From NCBI RefSeq assembly GCF_009914755.1, contig NC_060932.1: DNA of 64,000 bases; one strand, 5' to 3'. The notes under the pieces were generated by a model. That model saw only the letters and a list, made by a program, of their open reading frames with translations. It was not told the DNA's origin and did no database searches. This document shows, piece by piece, positions 40,990 to 57,392 of the stretch (its first letter is position 1; every line of letters begins with the position of its first letter). The DNA is from the human T2T-CHM13v2.0 reference genome, Homo sapiens. A program made the translations under genes and the position numbers.

Positions 40990-41420
40990 TTCTTTCATTG
41001 AATCCAGCATGTAATTACCGCTGAGCAAGTACCATGTGCCAAACCCTTTATTAGGACAGGGGTGCGAAGTCCCAGCCTGCATGGGCTCCCAATGGCATTA
41101 GGGAAATGTCACCGCATCATCAGAAGAGTCCAAGGTAAGTTCCGGGCTCGTGATGAGAGGGGAGCACAGAAGGCCAAGGAATAGGGACTAGACGGGGACA
41201 CGGGGAATGAGGGGATACTTCTTAGGGGATGGTTAAGCCCATGCTTTGAGCTGAGTCCTGAAAGGTGGAGTATGGTTTCCAAAAGAGACAAGTGACGCTC
41301 AATCCAAGAAGAAGAAACAACCGCACAAAGGCTCAGAATTTGAGAAGCACGCGGCGTTTGGAGAGCCATGGCAGCTGAGGGTGCCCAGAGCACGCTGAAG
41401 CCCAGTCTGCAGGGTGAGCT
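40990..41420 (-). mobile_element. L2 fragment
   Basis: ttcattgaatcc...ctgagcaagtaccatgtgccaa...tttgagctgagtcctgaaagg. Confidence 0.55.
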
Positions 41421-41751
41421 CGGGGCAGAGCTGGCCTTCCCTTTCTGGACCCTCCACGGGGTCGTGCAAGCCTCATGCAGTCCGTGAATCTGGAGGAGGC
41501 TGTGGGGAGCATCGAGAACTCTCTTCTCAGCCCCCTCCTCTTCTTCTTTCCCAGGATCATTTATTTCTACATCCTCTCACCTGGATCCTGACTCACTCCT
41601 GCTTGTCCTTGATTTGACCCTGAAGCACCACCCACCCTCCCATTTTCCCAGAGAAGGGAGGAAAAACTGAATGAGATCAGCAGCTACGCGAACGGAGAAA
41701 CCAACCATGTCAGGAATCCTAGCAAAAGTGCTCAACAAAAGCAGGAAGGAT

Positions 41752-41753
<2 letters not shown>

Positions 41754-41820
<67 letters not shown>

Positions 41821-41834
41821 AAAGAAAAAAAAAA
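41754..41834 (+). repeat. A53 homopolymer plus A/G-rich extension
   Basis: Uninterrupted A at 41754-41806. Confidence 0.95.
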
Positions 41835-41959
41835 TCCTCACACAGGAAGTAGGGAGGCAAAAAGTAGAAAGAGAAAAACAAATTTAGGTCACCTGTGGAA
41901 ACTACTAAGTTGTCTAATGAAACCCAGGATATGAGAGCATGAGTTAGAAAAAGCCGGGA

Positions 41960-42140
41960 AAATAATAATAGCTAATAGTTACGTAGTAGTCACTATATAA
42001 ATATATTTCTAAGCATAAAACATTTGTTAACTCATTTAAGCCTCACAGAAGTCCTATGAGTTGAATACTATTATTATCCCCGCTTTCCAGATGGGGAGAC
42101 TGAGACACAGAGGAGAGAACCTATAGCTATATGCAATGGG
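41960..42140 (-). mobile_element. MIR
   Basis: aataataatagctaa...ctcatttaagcctcac...ttccagatggggagactgagacacagag. Confidence 0.7.
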
Positions 42141-42157
42141 TTAGAATCAGTAATCTG

Positions 42158-42792
<635 letters not shown>

Positions 42793-43201
42793 GAATTAGT
42801 AATCTGCATATAACACCAATTTACAATGAATAAGTATGTAAGGGGTTTGGGAATCTTCCCTCTCATTCTCTTCCTATATAACTTTCCTGCTCTTCTCACC
42901 AGCCAGCGTTGCATTAGCTAGAGTATGTTGACAGTGCTGTCTGAATACATCAACTCTGGGACCCAGACGTGGCTTTGGCAAACAGCAGTCTATTTCCACG
43001 AAAACCCAAGTGACTCCCGGGGAAGAAAAATACACACATAAGTAAAACTTGTCCCAAGGGGAAAGAGGAGCAGGCCGGCCCATGTCTTCCAAGACTGAAG
43101 AGTCAGTTATCCAGGAGAAGAATGGCTGTGTTTGTCTTTCAGATCTTTCCCTGGTCCAGCCTAGTGGACTCATGCCTGAATCTTATTTTAAATAGAGTAG
43201 G

Positions 43202-43512
43202 GGCTGGGTGCGGTGGTTCACACCTGTAATCCCAGCACTTTGGGAGGCTGAGGCAGGTGGATCACTTAACGTGAGGAGTTCGAGACCAGCCTGGGGAACA
43301 TGGTGAAACCCCATCTCTACTAAAAATACAAAAATTAGCCAGGTGTGGTGGTGGGAGCCTATAATCCCAGCTACTCAGGAGGCTGAGGTGGCAGAATGAA
43401 TCGCTTGAACCTGGGAGGTGGAAGTTGCAGTGAGCCGAGATCGTACCACCATACTCCAGCCTGGGCGATAGAGGGAGAGTCTGTCTCAAAAAAAAAAAAA
43501 AAAAAAAAAAAA
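43202..43512 (+). mobile_element. Alu (AluS-like)
   Basis: TSD agagtag. Confidence 0.95.
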
Positions 43513-44134
43513 GAGTAGAGGTAATCATATAATTAAAAGTGAAAATGCCTGTTTCTCAAAACCTTTGGGTATAAGCTTTATACCCAAACTTCTGGACCAG
43601 TTTAATGGAGTACAGCCCTCAAAGGGAGGCAAGAATTCTCTCCCACTTTTCCAAGGAATATTATGCAGTTCAGCATCTCCTCCCCAACCCTGAGGTTCCA
43701 GTACCTCAGCATCTGCTGTATGGGCTCTAGGGTGTCTGCAGTGAAAGCAGCTAATTGGAGGCAGTGATGTCAAGCAGGGCCAGAGAGGGTGGCAGGGGCT
43801 GCAGCACCAGCAGCCAGGCGATGCTCAGCCTGAGCATGGCCAATGCACCCTGTGTAGCATCCAGGAGAGGCAGCACATCCCTACCAGAGCCATGGTACAA
43901 AATACAAGCCACCTGGGTATCTGGAAGCGAGGGTGGGGCTTGGTAATAATTACTAAAGCATGCAGCACAGCAACAGCCAAAGAGAAGAAAGGGAAAAAAG
44001 TGAAATATGTAATCTTATTCACAAATAAATATAAGAACAAATTCCACTGAATCCCTGAAAACAAAATGTGGGGCGAGGGCAGTAAACGCAACTGACTACT
44101 GTAAATGCAACCTCACCTTAAAAGATTACCAACT

Positions 44135-44441
<307 letters not shown>

Positions 44442-44630
44442 CTACTAGCCTTATGGAGCAATATTTAAGTTGTTTTTATTTTGACTTAGACTTTAGGGCT
44501 AAATCTATGTTTTAATGAAGAAAAAATGTGTTCATAAATAATTATTTTCCTCAGAAGAAAAACATATTTTCTTTTATCACGATGCCAGCCCAAAGGAGAG
44601 CTCATGTTTAAAAAATCACAGTGTTAGTTT

Positions 44631-44872
44631 ATGACCAGCCTGGGCAACACAGCAAGATCCTGGCTCTACCAGAAAAAAAATTTTTTTTTAATTAGCCAAA
44701 TGCAGTGGCACATGCCTGTAGCCCCCACTACTCCTCAGGAAGCTGAGGTGGAAGGATCACTTGAACCCAGGAGTCCAAGGCTGCAGTGAGCTATGATCAT
44801 GCTACTGCACTCCAGCCTGGAAGACAAAGCGAAAACAACAATAACAACGACAACAGCAACGAAAAGCAAAAA
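44631..44872 (+). mobile_element. 5'-truncated AluJ with (CAA)n-like tail
   Basis: TSD aaaaatcacag(t/c)gt. Confidence 0.9.
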
Positions 44873-47289
44873 TCACAGCGTGTCTTAGGACTCATGTTCA
44901 CTTTCATTTTTTTAAAGCTTTGCTAATTACTGATTAATCTTTTCTATTCCCTGTTGCTTAAACAATATTAGAATGTTTCTGTGCACAAAATCCAAGACTC
45001 AAAAACACAAAATAAAATTTGATGGCTTTTAAGTAAAAATTTGTTACTCAACTTATTTTTACCGCGATTTAGATTCATTGTGATGTTGGAGGTATGACCT
45101 TATCTATTCATCTGAATGACATTTTGTTTCAACAAAAGGGCAGTGCTCTCAATGTCAAATAATAAGATAGAAATCTTTAATCCCTTTAGTCCTTCTGTAT
45201 ACCTAGGTCATTTTATTTTAGAGTGTATGTGTACAGAGAGTATACTCAACTAACCCTCATAGTGATTACACTGGTTGTACCTAATGCAACAAATACTATT
45301 CAACTTTAACAAAATAAGAATTTTATACTGTCTGGCTTATTCTTAATTCTTCCCTAAGGGCCTATTTGGTTTAGCATCAAATACAAGATTAAGAGACTCT
45401 AAACGTTAGCTGAACAGCCACTCAAGGGATTTAGACATGATCTCTTTACACAAAAGAGTTAGCATACATCTGATATCCCCTGCACAGAGAACACATGTTT
45501 ATACATATAATAAATCTCCTTTTCCTACCGATGATTATTTATTTGAAAGCAAAATGAAAAACAACCTTATCGTATCCTCAAAAAAAATCTACGCCGGTAG
45601 TGAAAAATTTGGGGCAAGGTAAATGTCTATTAATTTACACTGAACAAAGCAAAAAAAGTAGATGAAGATTGTAGGAACTATATACTCTATTAAAATATGT
45701 GTGTATATCTACATGTGTTTATGTGTGTATTTATGAGCGTATTTGCATGTACCTTAAATTTGGATGACGCAAATGAAATGGGTAAGCATGGAAGAAATCC
45801 TTAGGAGGCTAACTGACTTGTCAAACCTAGCAATAGCCTCAATAGGAATTCAAACGTTGATCTTCTAAGACCAATTCCAGTGCCTATTGCGTTACCCTGT
45901 GCTGTAACCCAAACTGCAATAGAAACTTGTAGGGCAGAGAAGAAAAAAATGCAGGGTAATATTTCTCAGTCCTACCAGGTGGCTAATGATTCAGTCTTTT
46001 TGCACGTGTAGTGAACCACAATATGCATTGTCTTCATATATTTACATTTAATAAAGTCATTTTAACGGTCTTAAAGAGATAGCAAGGGCAGACAAACAGG
46101 AAACGAGAGTCAGATGCTAACAGAGATAAAGGGAACCTCTCTCTCTCTCTGTCTCTTTCTGTGGAGTAGCTTTTCTCCAAAGAGTTCCAAAATTCCCAAA
46201 TCTTACCCTATGAAGATAAAAACTGGAGAATCAGGCTTAGAAATAGGCAAGGGAAAGGAGGAATGCAACGGGGAAGGTCCAGGAAGGCAGAGAATGTGAG
46301 GCAACAGCGTGCAACTTAGCCAGACCTGGCTGAGTTGGAAAGTGTTCAAGTCACTGTGACCGTGCCCTAGCAGAGCAAGCTCACTCTCCTAGTTTATTTG
46401 CATATGAGAGGAAATGTATTTTTTAAACATTTAACTATTGTTTTTGCTGGGTAAATGCAACTATTTGTATACATAAACACATTTAAACCATGCTGGTGTG
46501 ATAGTTATGTTTTCTAGAATTCATTATTTCCATGTGTATAGTGCTTGGGTGCACATCGAATTGTCTGGTGGAGGGAGAGCACAGGAGTAGTATACCAATC
46601 CTTCATTTCCAGAGGAGGGAATGGATGTGGATAACACACACGGTTTGCATATCTATAGCTTACGTAAAGTTATATTCTTAAATGTGAGGGAGTTATTAAG
46701 CATTCAAAAATTATTTAGACTTTCTTGGCTTTCTTTGCTTCTTCAGAGCTCTAAGTTTTCTACAAATGGAATTAATGTAGTAGGCTTTGTTGCAACTTCA
46801 TTTCCTCACCAATGCATCAGCTCTTCTTCTCAGCTGGCCTCTGGCCCTGGTAGGAAATGCTAATCCTATGGCAACAGCAACCAAATAAAAGATGAGGTGA
46901 TGTGGGGGAATGAGTATTAGTCATGACTTGGTATACATCCTGTCAATGATCCCTCCTGATAAATAGTGTGTGACCGGAAACAGGGACATGATAAAACACC
47001 TGGACAATCCCACCTCCGTCGAGAAGGCAGGGCAGTTGAGTGATTGCATACCGGGCACCTTGCCACTTGCATGCCACACAGGAGGGGCTGGTTCATTCAT
47101 CAAAGACCCTGCCGCACACAGCCTCTGCTCCGTGAGAAAGTGCAGGTCTAAGAGGCTTTGATATTCAGGTCTGGGTCAATGAGCCAAGAGTATAAAGAGC
47201 CCAAAAGGAATGTCTTGTCGCAAGCCAAAGTATTAGCTAAGAGAGCAAGATGACAATTATGCAAGCAGAGAATACAGCATTGCTTACAC

Positions 47290-47590
<301 letters not shown>

Positions 47591-48301
47591 TCAATATACA
47601 ATGAGTCTATTTTTCCATATCTCCAAATTTGTTAATGGAGAGTAAATAATTTAATTTTAGAATTCTGGCCAACCCAGAATTACAGGTATCCTGGTGGACC
47701 TCACATCTAAGTTCTCACCCAATGAAGGGACACCCACTCTAATTCCCTGGATCCAGTTACTCCCAGACTATCACCACTATTGTGGGCAAACCATGACCTA
47801 ACCAGCATGTAATTCTACTTTCAAACAGCTCTAATGATTAAAAAGGACTTCTGTGATAGGATAGGCTGATTTTGAGTATTTCTAAAAGGTTGCATCTCCT
47901 TTGTCAGGTATCTATGTGCATGAAGTGATACGATTGGAAGGTTTGTTCTGATCAAAATGAGGAAGAGAAACGGGAGACAGAGAACAGAGGCTACATGGTT
48001 TCCTATCTAGCCCATTGGCGTGGTTGGAACCCCAGTGCAAATAAGGATTAAGGGCCAGAAAATGAAGGACTCTGAGCGCAGGCACAGGCAGGCTGCCGTG
48101 GGACTCAGTAACAAACTGGCCAAGAGGGAGTCTTTCCCTGCAGCTGTTCCTGGAGCCCAGCTCTGCCCAACTCCGTTGAGGAAGGGCGGCTTTGGGAGAA
48201 CTGGGTGAAAGCACCTTTCCACAGACATTGGGCCTTATTTGGGATTCTATCAGCTACAGCAAGAATGTGGCTCCTTCAAGTAGGCAGCTGACATGGAAAG
48301 A

Positions 48302-48380
48302 GGAGAGAGTGGGAAGTGAAGCATGTAGCTGATGTCTTGCGGGGAGAGACCGGGAAATGAAGCATGTAGCTGATGTCTTG
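48302..48380. repeat. Two-copy ~41-bp tandem duplication
   Basis: tgaagcatgtagctgatgtcttg repeated exactly at 48317-48339 and 48358-48380. Confidence 0.9.
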
Positions 48381-48807
48381 GGGTTACTGATGTAGTCAAG
48401 CTTGTTTGGTAGCAAAGTGAACGTCTGGAAATTCCCAGAAATATTTTGGTCGGGAAGGAGAGCGACAGGAGCACTTTATGCAGGGAACTGCCTGTGTGGA
48501 GCAATGTGGGTAGAACAGGCTCCCTGAGTCACTGATGTTAAAGTATATCCAGGCTGGGGAAGAAGAGAAGCATTTGGGCTACTTCCTTTGCAACACAGGC
48601 TAATTAAATTATTCCTCACGTCTCCGGATGATGGGGATCAAATGTGTTACTAACTCCCCGAAAAGTTTTTCTTCCAAGTCACAAATTGTTTTTGTTAATA
48701 GAAATAAATTGTGACTTCTATTTTTTTCTATAAGACACTGTCTAGTCTTCAGCCAGATAAGCAGAGAGAGGCACTGCAGTAAAGGCAAAAGCTGTCACTT
48801 AAAGGAA

Positions 48808-48943
48808 GAGTGACCATAACATCCATCATCCAAACCAGGACAAGACTGAGAGTGAAAGGGGATGTTATTACTCATTATGCTGGGACAAGAGGCAATAATA
48901 GGGACTGTTCTGGGTAAATGAGAACATCCAATTACGTCACCTG
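48808..48943. mobile_element. MER94-like hAT-Blackjack MITE
   Basis: gtgaccata...catccaaaccaggaca...gagagtgaaaggggatgttatta...gggactgttctgggtaaa...gtcacct. Confidence 0.65.
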
Positions 48944-49703
48944 AAGATTATGGGTGACAAGTAAAACTGAAATCAACTGGCCATACTTGTATTTATCCAA
49001 CAACGCGGAATGCAGCCTGAATAGAGAGGGGCTGACCTGAAGCCAACCTCTGCCTGCTACAGGCAACCTTCCTAGCCAACAAGAATAACAAAGAAAGAAG
49101 AAAAAAATGCAGACTATTCCAGAAACCTCCAAGAGTAATGTAGATGTTTCTTTGAGGTTTTCTTGAAAGAGATTTAAATGAGTGCATTACACATACAGCC
49201 AAACACCCCAAAATTCTTCTTTTCTGCTCCCGCTTCCCAAAGTGTCCATTGCAACAGCCTGCCCTGTCCTCCCCACGCCTAAAGGCTTCCTTTTTCCCCA
49301 CAGTTGTCTCTCTCGTTATTGTCCCCTCAGATCTGTCCTCTCCCCTTCTGCCAGCCTCTCCCCGCCATGTAAATATGTGTGATAGGGGAAAGATGGAGAT
49401 TGTGAATATCATTGTGATAATGAATATGAATGCATTAACTTGTGCTGTGTGTTTGTCAAATTTTTTAGATTCTGGTTACAATAAAAATTAAAAGCTATGT
49501 TAGAGAGCTTGGCGATCCCAATTTGAGACACAGGGAGTGGGGGCTGAAATTCAGACGGAGGTACGAGAAGCAAGAAAGCTGGTAGCTATGAAACACAGTC
49601 CTGTGATGAGTGCTTTACTCACACAATGTGAAAATGGCACTTCCTGTCTGGGTTTGACTGAGGTGTGAAGACAATAGATGCCATGTTTCTCTCCCATGGA
49701 AAC

Positions 49704-50160
<457 letters not shown>

Positions 50161-50620
50161 TAATGAGACCCACCATGCCTGCTCCTTACTTCGAGCAGAG
50201 AGAGGGGCCTTCAAAGGACCCCTCGGGAAATTCATGTCCCTGAATCTAGATGGACGCAGCTGACCTGGATTTGACTAATGCCTGTGGATCTGAGATTCCA
50301 AACTGGCCAGCTAACTTGATGGCAAACTAAAGTGAATTCCCAGGAGAAGGATCAGCCAGATGCCCAGAGTCTTTGGTCGGGGGGTCAAATAATTCATGAC
50401 AGTTTCTTGTAGACCTGATGTAACGAGCCCATGATGAAGAGAAGGAATGGGGATGCATTCCAGAACTTGTTCAAGTAGCTGTTAGAAAAACACCAGGCTC
50501 CAGCGGGGGAGAAGCTGGAGCTGCTCTTTCTTTCCCAAAGGGGTAAGGGGAATTCAGCAACCACGAACTAGATTCCACATGCCCGAGCCAACGGACCTGG
50601 AATTCCGAGACTGGATGGAT

Positions 50621-50807
50621 CAGGGGTTGGCAAACTGTGGCCCCTGGGCTGGGTGTTACTGTAACTGCAGATTTGTTGGAACCCAGCCACACCCATTCAT
50701 TGGCGTTACAAGGGCAGAGTTGAGTAGCTGCAACAGAAGATGTGTGACCTGCAAAGCCTAAAATATTCAATATCTGACCTTTTACAGAGGACATTTGCTG
50801 ACCCTCA
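50621..50807. mobile_element. MER58A-like hAT-Charlie MITE
   Basis: caggggttggcaaactgtggccc...cctgcaaagcctaaaatattcaatatctgaccttttacag...tttgctgaccc. Confidence 0.8.
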
Positions 50808-51304
50808 GGATAGGTTCTCGGAAAACCCCTCAAAAGTACTGGGGCAGCTGTGACAGATTTGGCCTTAAAATAGTTTTCACACTCGGAGTGCATGAAACCA
50901 TCTTAAAACATTACCATTCAAGTAGAAACTTTCCATCTCCTCCTACTTCTTGCTTTCCCTACATCAGCCAAATACGGTCAGAAACTTCTGTGGGAGGAGG
51001 AGCAAAGAGAGAAATGACCAGCCTTCTTTACCCACTGGAAGATTCCAGACCTCAGCAGACCCCAGTGCTGGGTGGATGAATGGGAGGAAGGACAGTGTGA
51101 GATTTTACTCTAAGTCTAATTTGAAACTTTGCTTATTCTATAGGCCTTGCCACTAATTACCACACTGAGAAGCATCTGATTTAAAGTAAATATATTTTTC
51201 ATTCAGAGATCAGGAAACGACTTCCACCCCAGGAAAACATACAGGAATGGCGGAAGATGAAAAATAAACTTCGCTTTAAGATAACATCCCAAGACTCCTG
51301 CATG

Positions 51305-51651
51305 TTTTTTTGTTGTTGTTCTTGTTTTTGTTTTTGTTTTTTTGTTTTTGTTTTTGTAATGGAGTTTCACTCTTGTCTCCCAGGCTAGAGTGAAGTGGCA
51401 CAATCTCGGCTCACTGCAACCTCCGCCCCCAGGTTCAAGCGATTCTCCTGCCTCCGCCTCTTAAGTAGCTGGGATTACAGACGCCTGCCACCACGCCCGG
51501 CTAATTTTTTTTTTTTTTTTTTTTTTTTTTTAGTAAAGATGGGGTTTCACCATGTTGGCCAGGCTGGTTTTTAACTCCTGACCTCATGTGATCCACCCGC
51601 CTCGGCTTCCCAAAGTGCTAATATTACAGGTGTCAGCCACCGCGCCCGGCC
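51305..51651 (-). mobile_element. Alu (AluS-like) with (TTTTTG)n tail and long T linker
   Basis: Reverse-complement Alu. Confidence 0.94.
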
Positions 51652-51959
51652 AAAGATCATCTCTTCTGGAGCTCGATTTTCTCATCTGCAATGTGAGTGT
51701 TGGGCCAGCACTAAATGATTCCTATCAGCGCTGATATTCTGTGATTCTGAAGCTCAGCGTCTGTCCTTCAAGATGGTTCATGTGTCTGTGACTCTTGCAG
51801 TTCTGCATGCCATTACTGCTGTAGCCTGTGTGTAGCTTGTACCCAAACATTGGAGAAATGATCCACCTAGGGGCCCCCACTGTCACCTTCAAGATAGTCC
51901 TTCAGTGCTTAGTTAGGAAGCTGCTCTCATTTGCATAGAGCACAAACAGCTGAGACAGG

Positions 51960-53228
<1,269 letters not shown>

Positions 53229-54136
53229 TGAAATTGTATATAGTGTACAATATGTTTCAAACAAACTGGCAATTTCATCTATTCAGGCAAATAAGAATAA
53301 TTCATAGAGTGCAGGGAAGTGGTGAAATTTGAGATTCAGAGCACATTTTCCAGGATACTCTGGAATTATTTTAAAAATGTAATATAAAATTCTATCTTGG
53401 AAATTCAGTTATGTAAAACCCTAAAGCAATTTTTAACTATGACAACCCAGCACTGTTTCGTACAGATTCTTCCTGCAAGTCCTTTAAATAATACGCGACA
53501 CATATTTTATTTAAAAATAATAATTACTTCTAGCGCTTTATACTTTGCACAGATTTTCACATATATTTCCTCAAAGATGGGTAGAAATCTGTGTGCTTTG
53601 CAGGTATCTTTGTCTCAAGACCTTCGCAACTTCCTATGACAATAGGGACAGTATGGTGTGTGGACAACCTGGGAATGGGTGTTGCTATTCTCTGACAGGT
53701 ATTTGTAGAGAATATGCATTTGCAAACCAAAATTCATGTATAGAAGAAATGCAATGATTCCTATATTTTAACTTAAAGTAATTGTGATTTAGGATTCCTA
53801 TTCTGTAAGGGACCAGCAAAAAATTCCATTTCTATCATCACAAAGGCTGCTGTCCTCTCTGAGATACAGAGAGCCCAGGAAGTCTATAGGGTACTCAAAA
53901 GGGAGAAGGATCCCCATGCGTTCTTCAACCCGGTAGAGCTGCCATGATTATGCAATTCTCTGAGCCTGTGGTCCCTGGAAGTGAGCTGTTCCTCATTCTC
54001 AGCCCAAGCAGAGTTACCTTTCTCCTTTGCCAAGGAGCCCAGGTGTCTAGCTATACATGGCAAAGTCCCCCTTAGAAGTGCTATGAAAGATTGGGGTATG
54101 GATCTCCAGTGCACCTAGACTGCATGATCTCCCTAC

Positions 54137-54312
54137 AGAAAAAAAGAAAGAAAGAGAGAGAGAGAGAAACAGTAACAACAAAAAGTCTTTCCTCCCTTCC
54201 TCCCTTCCTCCCTTTCTTCCTTCGTTCCTTCCTCCCTCCCTCCCTCCCTCCCTCCCTCTCTCTCTCTTTCTTTCTTTTTTTCCTTTCCTTTTCTTTTCTT
54301 TTTCTTTTTTCT
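54137..54312. repeat. Purine tract followed by a long pyrimidine (CCTT/CCCT/CT) tract
   Basis: Direct reading. Confidence 0.9.
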
Positions 54313-55669
54313 CCCTATGGGCACAGAGCATATTGTCCTCAGTGAGCTCCAATTTTTGAAAAAGAGAGGTAGCAATATTGTCCATTATTTTATGCTTTCT
54401 GCACTGCTAAAAGTGCCAGAGGCAAGGGATCGGCATCCATTATTGCTGAAAGCTCGGGGAGAAAGAGAAAGAAGAAATACATTTTAATGTTTCAGTGAAT
54501 TATCCTGGCACACATTCAACACATCAGTTAAGAAATCAAAACTTGGCCAGAATAATTACATAATTTGATTTAATTCCTGAACAGTCTTTCCCTAATTTCC
54601 TAGATTTGAATATTAATTATAGAAGGCATGTGATGAAATGATGGAATGCAAATAAATCTGCAGAATAATATTCAATAAAACTCGAAGAAAAATTATAAAT
54701 TTCTTCTGAATAAAGTCATCCAAAGACAAACACATTAGAACATGTGATTCAAGAAAGTGGAGAAAAGATAACAAATATTTCCTTGAAATTAAGACAGAGC
54801 AGTACACATAGAATTATATTTTTAAAAACAGATGGCACCATTAGCTTGATAAAAAGAAGACTCTGTTGTAGCTTTAGACAGAAAGTGACTGAAAATTAGA
54901 ACATTGTGAAGAAACAGTAAGAAAATTCAGAGTAAGGAACAAAGCCTTAAATGTAAGTCAATTACATTATTAAAGAAATTGTCGCTATTTTGCTTTAATT
55001 GCCATTGAGTGTGGGTCTATAGGAATTGAGAGACGTTTCTTGAATCCAATATGTAGCACACCTAGACAGAAGATTCTTTTCATTACTTAAAGTGCACATC
55101 AAATGATCTTACATTGAGTGAAATTTTAGTTATCTAATACCTATCACAATCAATCATCAATGATCAATAACCAAGTACACTACAAGACTTAAAGATTTCT
55201 ATGTTTTAGTTTACTGACATGTACTTATGTTTTCTTTCATGCCTTTATTTCTGTGTTTTGCACCATTCATTAGTTAATATTATAAAATTTTTCTGTACTC
55301 CAGAAATGCACTGAAGCATGTTATTCTAATTTTACATGCCTGCTGGAGAACAGTCTCTGAATTCTTATTGCAAGATATGAGAAAAATCAATCTATCTTAG
55401 AAAACTTTCAGGGTATCAGAATAAGACAGAGGAGGATGAGGCAGCCCAGCTAAGGCAGTGAGATGACTCACATGTTAATTAAGGTAAGGCACTGTAAAGG
55501 GCTATGAATATTTCCTTGAGCAAATCAACAAGTTTTGTGCACGTACGTACACACACACACACACGACCAGTTCAATTTCTAGTAATATGGCAGATAAGAT
55601 ATTCAAATAAACTTTTGAAAGTATATCTCAGTTAAAAATGATAAATGTATATTTACATGAATATATGTG

Positions 55670-55723
55670 GTGGATAGATAGATGGATAGATGGATAGATA
55701 GATAGATAGATAGATAGATGGAT
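55670..55723. repeat. (GATA)/(GATG) tetranucleotide STR; short (CA)n nearby at 55549-55564
   Basis: ggatagatagatggatagatggatagatagatagatagatagatagatggatg. Confidence 0.95.
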
Positions 55724-56916
55724 GTATATTACATGACTTGGCATGTGAGAAGTAAGGGATTTAGTGTTCAGAAATGACAAGAAATATTGAATCCAAGAGG
55801 CAACACTTGTGCTGGAATTTTCCCTGGAGATATCTGGGTGGCCTGGTAACCTAGAGCCTTAGTCACAACAAGCCACACATGGGGACCAAGAGATGAAGCC
55901 TTAAGTCTGAACATCATGAGAGGTCACCTATGAGACCCACTGCATAAAGCTGTACCTCCGTAGGTGACATTCACAGTTTGAACTAAGAAAGAACTTGCCT
56001 TGAAGAGGAAAACAATGATCATACATGCTTGTGTTGGTTTTGGTTGTGGTGAGACTAGAAGAAGGTAGGAGAAAACTCTCCTGTGAAAATTTCTAACCAC
56101 AAGATCATACTAACAAGTCTGCAAGGCCAGAACTTCTACTGTCTGTATGTTCTGGAAGACAATAAGTTTAAACTTCTAGTAGTCCTGAACTGGTAGTGCC
56201 CATAAGGTGATAGTGTTCCCAGACCAATGGAAGAAGACTCACCATTTAAACCAGATCTCCTGCCCACAAATGAGGAAGGAGCACATCAGCGTTAAGCATG
56301 AGACTCAGCAGAAACAAGAAACTGCAGATTCAGATAGACAAAAACAATAGGTGTTGGAATCGCTAAAAATACAAAATAAACAAGTGTAGTATATTTAAAG
56401 GAAAAAGACAAAGTGAAAGAATGACCAACTAATAAGAGATTATGAAAATTGGCCAGATCAACTTGAAAAAGAACCGAGTGAATATCTAAAGATGAAAAAC
56501 TGGAAATTGGAAACTCAGTAATAACTGGATACATCACAAATTACTGAAAAACAGAGCTGGTGAAATTACTCAGACCATTGCACAGACAAATGTGGAAATG
56601 GAAAATCTGAGCAGTTAAGCTACATGGAGAGGAGAGTAAAATCAGTCAACATTAAAGCACGTCTAATGCTTCCTAAAGAAGAGAACAGAGAAAAAGGAGA
56701 AAAGGTAGGCGTTTGAAAGATAATGATGATCGAGCACTTTCTTGGACGGCTGGAAAAACCATATCTTAGATTCCGGAAGCCCAAGCAATCCAAAGTAGAG
56801 TAAATTAAAAGAAATTCAACACCAAGACATATAATAAAACTGCAGAACGCCAAAGGTTATTAAAAAAAAAAAAACCTTAAAGGTATCCAGAGGGAAAGGA
56901 TAAATTGCTTAACACT

Positions 56917-57392
<476 letters not shown>

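Noticed and set aside
41132-41140. Perfect splice donor AAG|GTAAGT suggesting a hidden lncRNA exon
   Set aside because: It lies in an L2 relic, no convincing paired acceptor or exon chain was found, and such 9-mers occur by chance.
41671-41934. Lys-rich ORF; similarly the Lys/Glu/Phe-rich ORFs at 19508-19926 and 54047-54385
   Set aside because: They are translations of homopolymer or simple repeats.
48302-48380. CRISPR-like repeat-spacer pattern
   Set aside because: Only two copies, the intervening sequences are homologous to each other, the DNA is primate and there are no cas genes.
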